Part shown: piece after piece, positions 19,990 to 28,234 of the stretch
How the letters are laid out: every line of letters begins with the position of its first letter
How positions within the stretch are numbered: position 1 is the stretch's first letter
Source of the DNA: a virus
Taxonomy: Duplodnaviria; Caudoviricetes
DNA length: 64,000 nt
Virus record (IMG/VR): IMGVR_UViG_3300047561_001243
Span: 1-64,000 of that record
Strand: one strand, 5' to 3'
Notes under the pieces: model-generated
Told to the model about the DNA's origin: nothing
Seen by the model: the letters and a program-made list of their open reading frames with translations, nothing else
The model's database searches: none
Translations under genes and position numbers: made by a program

Positions 19990-22242
19990 ATGGCTAAAAA
20001 GCAAGACTTAACAGATTTAGTTCTGTTAAGCGACAAGCTTAAAACCAATCTTAAAGATTCCTCTGACTACGCCAAAAAACTTAGTGAGAACTTAACGGCG
20101 GCTTCTAAAGCTGGCGGTAATATCTCGAATCCAGGTGGTGGTCAAGGGTCTACTACCGCTGCCCCAAAGAAAGAAGACACCACACTTAAAGATGGTGGGG
20201 GAAGCGCATTTGCTGGTCTTGGCGGAACAGCTTTGCGAGGGATGGGTAACTTTGCTCTTTCACTTCCAGGAGTATTGGCACAGGCGTTACCTAGCCCAGC
20301 TGAAGCTGCTGCTTATCAACTAAGTACTGCTCGCCAAGGGTTCTTTAGCCGAATGGGCTTTGGAAATATGGGGGCTCTGCAAAAGTCTATATCTAGTGGC
20401 GGAACCGCTATTAGCAAGACGGATGCTGTTGGCGCTATCTCTGCCCTTCAATCACAGGGTATATATAACGTTGGAACTTACGGCAAAGGCGTTGCTGGCC
20501 TTTCAAATTACGCCCCAGGATTAGGTTTAGAAGGAACCGCCACTGCGTCGGCGTCCATGAACCAAGCAAAATCTGTAAACTTCATGAACCAAATTGGTGT
20601 TCAAGTTCGTGGCGCGGATGGTTTGGCTCGAAACCCTAACGATGTAGCTAATGAGCTTGTAGATAAAATTTGGCAATCAACACCACCCCTACAAGCAGGT
20701 GGCAATGAAGCGTACATGTACCTTCAAGGCTCTTTACAGCCAGGCAATCAACTTTATTTAATTCTTAATACATACGTTCCCGACGCAAACCTTCGCCAAA
20801 TTGTTATTACTAAACTCTTTGCTAAAGCAAAAGGACTACCTAAAAACCCAAGTAAACAACAGCTTAAAAATGCTGGTATTACTACTGATGTTGTTAATAA
20901 AACAAGCAATTACAACACAGCTCAACTTGGCCTAACGCAAAATACGCAAGCAGATATTAATGCTGGTACTGCTACTGCCCTTCAGCACCTAACAACCGCT
21001 ACAAATAAGTTTTCAGAAGTTGTTGGACAAATGCATGGACTTCTTAAAGCTTACGGATATACAAGCACAATGCTTGGTGGCATGAACGGGGCCGTTGGCT
21101 CTCTTGTTGGTTCATTCCTTGGAAGTGTTATGGGTCCAGTAGTTGGTCACCTTGCCACTGGGATTATGTCTAAAGTATCGCCAGCTTTAGCAACAACTCT
21201 TACCAAAGTAATTGGTGGATTTGGTGCTGTTGCTACAGCGGCTTTTGCGGGCATATCTGGATACAAAGGTGGAAAAGACAAACATTGGAGTTGGGGTAAT
21301 TTTGCATCTTCAATAGTTGGTGGAGCTGTTTCTGGCGCAATGATTGCTGGGCCGTGGGGTGCCCTGGCGGGAGCGGTTGGAGGGGGTGTTGTTTATACTG
21401 GTGGTTACGCAGCTGGCGGTGGTTTTTCAAAAAACCCAACGGATAACAAAAGCCAAAATGGCAGTGGTGCTGGTAGAAGCGCTGCTGCACAACAAATTTC
21501 TCTTCAGGGCGCTAGTCCACAAGCTGGCTACGCTCTCATGACAGCTGCGTCTCAAATTGGAGTCCCCTACTCATGGGGTGGCGGTGGAACTAATGGGCCA
21601 TCTGTTGGAATTAACCAAGGGTCCGACACTGTGGGGTTTGACTGTTCTGGGTTTGTTCAATATGTGTTTGCTAAACAAGGAATTCCTCTTGGTGGAACAA
21701 CGTTTGTTCAAATTAAACAAGGACGTGGAATACCGCCACTTCAGGCACAACCTGGTGATTTGCTTTTCTTTGGTACTCAAGGAACACCTAACCACGTAGG
21801 TATCTATATGGGTAACGGAAAAATGATTGAGTCTCCTCACACAGGGGCTACTGTAAGAATTCGCGGTGTAAACCTTGGAGATGTTATGGCATGCCGCCGA
21901 GTGCTACAGGACGGTAAGGGTAGCGCAATTAACTTTGGTGGTTTTGCGGGTGGCGGTGGCGGTGGAGCAACAAGTACTGGCATTTCTGGTGCTCCAGGAA
22001 CAATCTTGTCTTCAAATGCTGTTGGAACAACCGTAGGGTCTGGGGTCACAGCTAATGCAATTGGTGGAGACAGGGGTGGCTCAACTGGTACTGGAATGTC
22101 TATGTCATCGTCTAATGGCAATATAATTATTAACGTAAGCGTTCCACCTACTACCAGCCCAAACTCTGCTGCCGATACAGCTAAAATAGTTAGCGGAGCT
22201 GTTACAAAAGCAATGGGCGCAAAATCGGAGGCTAACAAATGA
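19990..22242 (+). CDS. Tape-measure-like protein with C-terminal NlpC/P60 peptidoglycan hydrolase
   Basis: Ala/Gly-rich helical body; GVPYSWGG...GFDCSGFVQY...GDLLFF...HVGIYMGNG catalytic motifs. Confidence 0.85.
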   Translation: MAKKQDLTDLVLLSDKLKTNLKDSSDYAKKLSENLTAASKAGGNISNPGGGQGSTTAAPKKEDTTLKDGGGSAFAGLGGTALRGMGNFALSLPGVLAQALPSPAEAAAYQLSTARQGFFSRMGFGNMGALQKSISSGGTAISKTDAVGAISALQSQGIYNVGTYGKGVAGLSNYAPGLGLEGTATASASMNQAKSVNFMNQIGVQVRGADGLARNPNDVANELVDKIWQSTPPLQAGGNEAYMYLQGSLQPGNQLYLILNTYVPDANLRQIVITKLFAKAKGLPKNPSKQQLKNAGITTDVVNKTSNYNTAQLGLTQNTQADINAGTATALQHLTTATNKFSEVVGQMHGLLKAYGYTSTMLGGMNGAVGSLVGSFLGSVMGPVVGHLATGIMSKVSPALATTLTKVIGGFGAVATAAFAGISGYKGGKDKHWSWGNFASSIVGGAVSGAMIAGPWGALAGAVGGGVVYTGGYAAGGGFSKNPTDNKSQNGSGAGRSAAAQQISLQGASPQAGYALMTAASQIGVPYSWGGGGTNGPSVGINQGSDTVGFDCSGFVQYVFAKQGIPLGGTTFVQIKQGRGIPPLQAQPGDLLFFGTQGTPNHVGIYMGNGKMIESPHTGATVRIRGVNLGDVMACRRVLQDGKGSAINFGGFAGGGGGGATSTGISGAPGTILSSNAVGTTVGSGVTANAIGGDRGGSTGTGMSMSSSNGNIIINVSVPPTTSPNSAADTAKIVSGAVTKAMGAKSEANK

Positions 22243-23858
22243 GTGGAAAGATTACCCAAGATGCCATTGATGCTTGGTATGTAAAAGCCTCTAAGACTGA
22301 AAAAAGCAAGTACGAAACATACAAAACTACGCATGATGCAAACATTGTTACCTTAAACAAAAAATACAATGATGCAAATAATGAGGTTAACGGTTGGGCT
22401 ACATCAAACGCCAACATTAAATCTGGCTCAAAGCCAGCAAGCAAAACTACCCGTGTGCAAGTTTTTCCTTTGGTGGAGGGTTACGGCTCCTCTCATTCAT
22501 GGTCTTCTTTTGTATACTTTAATGAACCACTTCCTTCTGGAACTGGAACTTTATTTAGCCTTAATGACTTCTATGCAAACAAATATTACACAACTGGATA
22601 TAATTGGCCGCAATATGCGGGCTCAATAGTTGAACAATCACAACTTTCTACTACTGGTAGATATGTTTTAGTTTACTTGGCTTGGGCAAATTCTTTTTAT
22701 ACTAACCCTGCTGTAATTAAATATTTTAATCGTTTAATATTTTTAGCTGGCACAACTACTGGTGAGCCAGCTGGATTTGAAGCAAGTTTGAAAGAATACA
22801 TTACAAAGTATCAAGCAAGAGCTAAAGAAGTTACAAAACTGTTTGCTCAACAAAAAACAGCGTTAGACAAAGCAAAAAATGATATTGCTGCTGAAAACGC
22901 TGATTATGAAGCAAAACTACGTAATCTTATTTATAAAACTGGTGTGGCAACTTCAACAACCGCAGCTGCTGCGGCTGCAGCCGATGCAAATACAGCTGCT
23001 GCGGAAGCTACTCCTGCCTACACGCTTGGAAAAGACGTTGAGTTTAATCTCCCCCCACATAGATGGAGCCTTCCAACTCTTCCAGTCAATGTTTTAAATG
23101 GTACGGATGTTTCTAGGTCTGACCAATCTGAAGACGACAGAAGAGGTCGTTTTTGGACTTGGAGGGCTAGTGACCAAAAATTTACCTCTGCAAGTGCTGA
23201 TAAAGTTGACGCCGTTGGTAAAACACGTAGACCAACAAAATACGGTTTTCAGTTTTTGTGGAATCCAGAAACATGGTCAACTAGTGTACAAATTAACCCA
23301 GACGTGACCCCCAATAGTCCGCAGTATTGGGCTACATCACTTCCCGTGTTCCCTAGTGGTCAAAACATGTCTTTTAATATTGTGATAGACAGAGTAAACG
23401 ATTTTGCATGTTTTGGGCCATCTACTATAAAACCAGATAACAGCAATGTACCAACATCATTTCTTGACTCTGGAAGCGCAGCGAGGCAAGCTTTGGAACA
23501 GCAAAGACAAAAAACACTAAACAGTTTTTCGGAATTTTACAAAGGCAATAACATCATTAACCCACAAGCAAAAATTGACGATTTAATGAAACGTGGAACT
23601 TTGGCTGATATTGAATACATTTATAAAGTGTGTAACGGTGACGGGTGGACAAGGTTAAACCAAACAACATCTGATATTGGATTTTTAATGATGACTTTAG
23701 TTGAGATTGAACTTGGCCCTAATCGTTACCTGGGATATCTTAATAGCCTGGGTATTGAACACACTTTTTTTACGGAAAACATGGTTCCTCTTAGAACAAA
23801 TGTTTCATTGCAGTTTGTTTTGATGGCATCTGCTCGAGTTGCGGCAAAGAAGGCATAA
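22239..23858 (+). CDS. Baseplate/tail-tube initiator-like protein
   Basis: C-terminal YGFQFLWNPE...GYLNSLGIEHTFF..NMVP region resembles tube-fold initiators; follows the tape measure. Confidence 0.5.
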   Translation: MSGKITQDAIDAWYVKASKTEKSKYETYKTTHDANIVTLNKKYNDANNEVNGWATSNANIKSGSKPASKTTRVQVFPLVEGYGSSHSWSSFVYFNEPLPSGTGTLFSLNDFYANKYYTTGYNWPQYAGSIVEQSQLSTTGRYVLVYLAWANSFYTNPAVIKYFNRLIFLAGTTTGEPAGFEASLKEYITKYQARAKEVTKLFAQQKTALDKAKNDIAAENADYEAKLRNLIYKTGVATSTTAAAAAAADANTAAAEATPAYTLGKDVEFNLPPHRWSLPTLPVNVLNGTDVSRSDQSEDDRRGRFWTWRASDQKFTSASADKVDAVGKTRRPTKYGFQFLWNPETWSTSVQINPDVTPNSPQYWATSLPVFPSGQNMSFNIVIDRVNDFACFGPSTIKPDNSNVPTSFLDSGSAARQALEQQRQKTLNSFSEFYKGNNIINPQAKIDDLMKRGTLADIEYIYKVCNGDGWTRLNQTTSDIGFLMMTLVEIELGPNRYLGYLNSLGIEHTFFTENMVPLRTNVSLQFVLMASARVAAKKA

Positions 23859-23859
23859 A

Positions 23860-24141
23860 ATGACTATTACGGCAAATTCTCGCTACTACTACTCAGACAT
23901 TGAATATATTCAATTAGAAGCTGAGGGTGATAATAAACCTATTGTTTTTTACGAATTTGGTAGCATTGGAAAACTTGCGTTTAAAAAACATATTTATGTT
24001 CAAGGTGAACGCTTAGACCAACTTGCTAATCACTACTACAATAAACCAACTTTATGGTGGTACATTCTTGAAGCAAATCCAGCAATTCAAGATTTTCAAA
24101 ATCTTAGACCTGGTACGGAATTGATTATTCCAAATGTTTGA
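23860..24141 (+). CDS. LysM-like baseplate protein (gp53/P2 X-like)
   Basis: GERLDQLANHYY.PTLWWYILEANP...LRPGTELIIP. Confidence 0.8.
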   Translation: MTITANSRYYYSDIEYIQLEAEGDNKPIVFYEFGSIGKLAFKKHIYVQGERLDQLANHYYNKPTLWWYILEANPAIQDFQNLRPGTELIIPNV

Positions 24142-25450
24142 TTTTATAGATATTGAGCTGCCTGAGTCAGAAATTCAAAACGTTTTTGCTTATAGAACCG
24201 TTTTGACAATGTCTCAGTATGCTCACGAACATTTAACCATGTATTTAGAGCACTGGAACCTTGATTACTCACAAATTAAGTCTGGCTCACCAATTAAAGT
24301 AAATTTAAAATCTTTGTATGGAAAAAAAGAATTTATTGGCTATATACATAAAATAAGTGGTGACATTAGTCCAGGTAAAAACTTTGTTGAAATTACGGCT
24401 ATGGGTGCAACTGTCACCATGAAACAAGCTTCTCAAAAAGCGTGGTCTCAAGTAACTGCAGACCAAGTTTTTACAGAAATATGTAAAAAGCATCAATTTT
24501 CTTTTCACGCAACTCCGCATGCAAGAGTGTACGACCACATCATGCAAGCTGGAAAAACTGATTGGGAATTTTTAAAAACGTTTGCGCATAACCTTGGCTA
24601 TACCTTAAGGGCTGATGGGGCTGCTTTATACTTTGACCCGCTTGGCCAAGATTTTAACGCTTTAAAAGATTCAGCGCCGTATTTTATTATGCGTGAGGCT
24701 AATGACCCAGATGGTTTTAATCTTTACAGTTTTACTCCCATTATTGGGGAAACAATTGATTACGACAACGCAATTAAAGCGGCAACTGCTGTTGCTGGTA
24801 TTGACCTTGTAACAAACGATTCTTTGGTTCAAACAAATCAGAACAGGCCAACTACCAGTAGAGCAAAATCTCAAAGTGAATTTGTTGACCGTTTTGAATC
24901 TGACAGAGTAATACCTAATTCTACAGCAGCTGGTTTTGAGTCTAAAGCTGCCGACGCCAGGTCTCAATACCCCTATAGAGGGTACGTGCAAGTTTTAGGT
25001 GACGCCCGCGTGCGTCCAGATATGCCCGTGCTTTTAGATGGTCTTGGTAACGACTACAACGGTTACTGGACGGTTTTGGAAGTAAAACATATTGTAAAAC
25101 AAACAATGTTTATTACAGAAATGCTTGTTGGTACAGATTCTTTGGGTAAAGCTGCCTCTGGAACTACAACACCAGGCCCTATTCCCGTGCGTGTTATTAC
25201 GGCCAATAAACCGTCAACAACCAAAAAACCTAAAGTTAAATTAATTAAAAATACGGCACCTAAAAATAATAAAGCTTCAAATAGTGGGTTTGGTAAAACA
25301 AAGAATAGACCACAACCAAAAGTAGCAACTGCTACTAAAGGCTCCTCTAGTAAATGGGTGGGTACTTCTGGTAACCTTGCCGTTGTCCCAGTAAAAAACA
25401 ATGCTTCTCCAGCAGCGGTTGCAAAATTAAGGAGTCTTGGTGTCCGATAA
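24134..25450 (+). CDS. Baseplate hub/late control D-like protein
   Basis: QAGKTDWEFL, GDARVRP and NGYWTVLEVKH motifs; basic low-complexity C-tail. Confidence 0.8.
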   Translation: MFDFIDIELPESEIQNVFAYRTVLTMSQYAHEHLTMYLEHWNLDYSQIKSGSPIKVNLKSLYGKKEFIGYIHKISGDISPGKNFVEITAMGATVTMKQASQKAWSQVTADQVFTEICKKHQFSFHATPHARVYDHIMQAGKTDWEFLKTFAHNLGYTLRADGAALYFDPLGQDFNALKDSAPYFIMREANDPDGFNLYSFTPIIGETIDYDNAIKAATAVAGIDLVTNDSLVQTNQNRPTTSRAKSQSEFVDRFESDRVIPNSTAAGFESKAADARSQYPYRGYVQVLGDARVRPDMPVLLDGLGNDYNGYWTVLEVKHIVKQTMFITEMLVGTDSLGKAASGTTTPGPIPVRVITANKPSTTKKPKVKLIKNTAPKNNKASNSGFGKTKNRPQPKVATATKGSSSKWVGTSGNLAVVPVKNNASPAAVAKLRSLGVR

Positions 25451-25919
25451 ACATTACGGCTTATTTAGGGCAATCTGCAAAGACAACTCTGACCCCACTG
25501 ATAAAAACCGCATTAAAGTTTCAATACCGTCTCTTTTGGGAAACGATGAACTTACGGATTGGATTCCTGGTTGTATGCCAGTGGTTACTAACGCCGACCA
25601 CCCAGACCACCTTGCTCACACTGCAGCTCAAGTTGCTGCTTTATTAACAAACCACTCAACCACTATTACAAGCAGCTCGGTAAATGATGGGGGAACTGGC
25701 TCAAGCGCTCACTCCCACACAGTTACAATTAACCTTGCCCATGCGGGCAACAGTAACAAGTTGACCCATGCCCATGAAACTAGTACTGATGAGCTGGATA
25801 CTAATACAGATAAACCCGAGCACACATATCACAGGGCCGTCCCAGACATCAATCAAATTGTTTGGGTTATGTTTGAACAAGGCGACATTAATTTTCCAGT
25901 ATGGATGGGAGTTTACTAA
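25437..25919 (+). CDS. Baseplate spike OB-fold protein (gp5/gpV N-domain) with a His-rich insert
   Basis: YG.FRA....SDP..KNRIKV.IP...TDW and VP.I.Q.VWVMFEQGD.NFPVWMG motifs. Confidence 0.8.
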   Translation: MVSDKHYGLFRAICKDNSDPTDKNRIKVSIPSLLGNDELTDWIPGCMPVVTNADHPDHLAHTAAQVAALLTNHSTTITSSSVNDGGTGSSAHSHTVTINLAHAGNSNKLTHAHETSTDELDTNTDKPEHTYHRAVPDINQIVWVMFEQGDINFPVWMGVY

Positions 25920-26338
25920 TGGCAATAAAAGGTGACGAGGGAAAAACTATTGGGTTTCCTTTTTCTATAGACGCTTCTGGGTCAATTTTTGCTACTGAAG
26001 ACGAGAGCGTTATTTGGGAAGACCGAGTTAGGTGCGTTTTGTTAACTAATATCTCAGAACGGGTTATGAGGCCAGATTTTGGTTCTCGACTTAGCGATTT
26101 AATTTACGAAAATGATTTTGGTCAAACAAAGGTTGCTGAGAAAGCCGCATCCGCAGCGTTTACTAAATGGTTCCCAACCCTGACCCTTGACAGCGTATTG
26201 GCTGTTGCGGATACGGTAAACGGTGGATTATTGGTTCAAGTTGACTATACTTTACCTAGCGGGCAAAAGCAGCAAACTGCTGCAAAAGTAACTGTAGCTA
26301 CACTAAATCGCTATGGTGATATCGTAGTGGGAGGCTAA
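25919..26338 (+). CDS. Baseplate wedge gp25/GPW-like protein
   Basis: FPFSID and LLT..SERVMRPDFGS motifs. Confidence 0.85.
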   Translation: MAIKGDEGKTIGFPFSIDASGSIFATEDESVIWEDRVRCVLLTNISERVMRPDFGSRLSDLIYENDFGQTKVAEKAASAAFTKWFPTLTLDSVLAVADTVNGGLLVQVDYTLPSGQKQQTAAKVTVATLNRYGDIVVGG

Positions 26339-26339
26339 A

Positions 26340-27821
26340 ATGGCATCTGATAATTATGTACCACAAGTCGACTATACGACCCGTGATTACACAGCAATTT
26401 CTGATGAGCTTAAAAACCTCATTCAATATTATCTACCAGAGTGGACCAATCGTGACCCCTCAGATTTTGGTATTACTTTAATTGAGCTGTTTGCTTATAT
26501 GGGAGACCAACTTAATTTTTACATTGATAGGGCTGCTAACGAATCATTTTTGACAACTGCTAGCCAGCGTAAATCTGTTTTGCAAATTGCCAACCTTTTA
26601 AGCTATTCACCGTCTAATTCACGTGCCGCATCTGTATCTCTTACGTTTAGTAATTCAACTTCTTCTGCCGTAACCGTTCCTGCGGGAACTAAAGTATCAA
26701 CAACAACGGTTGTAAATGCCGATAATCAACAAATTGTTTTTGAAGTAGACAGCGACGTTATTGTCCCAGCAGCTGTCAGCATTAATCCTTTAGTTGCTTC
26801 TACCGTTACAGCTACGGCAACTGAGGGCGAAACAATTGACACCGACCCATCACAAGTTTCGGATGGTTTGGCAAATCAAACATATCAGTTGCTTCAGTAC
26901 CCAGTTGTGGACCGAAGCGTTAGTGTTACTGTAGACGGAACCCCGTATAACTATGTAGTAAATTTAATTGATTCAGCTGCAGATGACCCAGTGTTTTCTA
27001 CAACGTACGATGCATACGGAGCAACTTTTGTAACTTTTGGTGATAATACAAGTGGTCGCATTCCTCCAATTAACTCAGAAATTATATTTTCTTACAGGGT
27101 TGGTAGTGGAAACGCTGGAAATATTGCTAACGGTTCTATTAAGAAAATTTTAAACTTAAATGTAGCTGGAATATCTGTTGCACAAAATGCTGCTGCATTT
27201 GGTGGGGCAGACCAAGAATCTACTGATTCAATTAGAATTAACGCACCAAAAAAGATATCTACGCTAAACCGAGTTGTGTCATTAAAAGACTATCGAGATT
27301 ACGCAGTTACCAATATTTCTGGTGTAAGCAAAGCTAATGCAGTTTCAAGTGTTTATACAAGTGTAGTTTTGTATTGCGCTCAAGAAAGCGACCCTGGCTT
27401 TGACGTCGCTCGCCCATCTGGCTATAGCGCTAACTTTGACCAATTAATCCTTGACGTAGCTGCTGAGTTTGTAAATGTAACAGCACCTAATGTGACAATT
27501 ACACCAATTCCACCAACATACGTAGCTATAGATATATCTGTTTCTATAGTTGCAGCTGCTAATCGACGTCAAAGCACTGTAGTTACTGCCGTGACGGCTG
27601 CAATTAATAATTTGCTTACATTTTCTAATGTTGACTTTGCTTACTCCATTAAACAAGACGATGTTCGTGTAGCTGTTTCTCAAGTTGATGGGGTATCTGG
27701 CTATACAATTACAAAATTAGCTAGAAGCGGCGGTAGCGGAGTTGCTGACGTAACTATTGCGTATTATGAGATTCCAAAATCTGGAACCATAACACTTTCA
27801 CCTTCTGGTGGAATTCTCTAA
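26340..27821 (+). CDS. Baseplate J/gp6-like wedge protein
   Basis: DYTTRDY, PEWT.RDPSDFG, ANESFL.TA, GGAD.ES.DSIR and RVVSL.DY motifs. Confidence 0.9.
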   Translation: MASDNYVPQVDYTTRDYTAISDELKNLIQYYLPEWTNRDPSDFGITLIELFAYMGDQLNFYIDRAANESFLTTASQRKSVLQIANLLSYSPSNSRAASVSLTFSNSTSSAVTVPAGTKVSTTTVVNADNQQIVFEVDSDVIVPAAVSINPLVASTVTATATEGETIDTDPSQVSDGLANQTYQLLQYPVVDRSVSVTVDGTPYNYVVNLIDSAADDPVFSTTYDAYGATFVTFGDNTSGRIPPINSEIIFSYRVGSGNAGNIANGSIKKILNLNVAGISVAQNAAAFGGADQESTDSIRINAPKKISTLNRVVSLKDYRDYAVTNISGVSKANAVSSVYTSVVLYCAQESDPGFDVARPSGYSANFDQLILDVAAEFVNVTAPNVTITPIPPTYVAIDISVSIVAAANRRQSTVVTAVTAAINNLLTFSNVDFAYSIKQDDVRVAVSQVDGVSGYTITKLARSGGSGVADVTIAYYEIPKSGTITLSPSGGIL

Positions 27822-27835
27822 AGTAAGGACAGGTC

Positions 27836-28219
27836 ATGGCTTATTATCCAAGTAGTATTATCTCAACATTCACTACGCATCAAAACATTACTGAGATTAT
27901 TGATGCTGCTCACCCTAACTTGATTCAAGCCGAAGTTGTTGCTATTGAAGGTGCGATTGGTGTAACACCCTACATTTCTGGTCCTTTTTCAACCACTAGA
28001 ACATACGATGGAAGCGGTTCTGCCACCCCTGACATAGCAACAAAAGTCTATGGGGGGCAATCTACATTTTCTAATTTAGGCGATAGACTAACAAACATAG
28101 AAAACCTTGCAGCAACAGCATACGCAAACGCTGCAGGTGCAGCAAGTAATACAAATTTAACAACCGTATCGTCAAAAGTTGAAAACCTATATCGTATTGG
28201 GTTACTTGGCGGATTCTAA
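27836..28219 (+). CDS. Hypothetical tail/fibre-attachment protein
   Basis: AAGGA RBS; AAHPN.IQ.EV.AIE motif; lies within the baseplate block. Confidence 0.55.
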   Translation: MAYYPSSIISTFTTHQNITEIIDAAHPNLIQAEVVAIEGAIGVTPYISGPFSTTRTYDGSGSATPDIATKVYGGQSTFSNLGDRLTNIENLAATAYANAAGAASNTNLTTVSSKVENLYRIGLLGGF

Positions 28220-28234
28220 GTTAGGAAATAAGTA

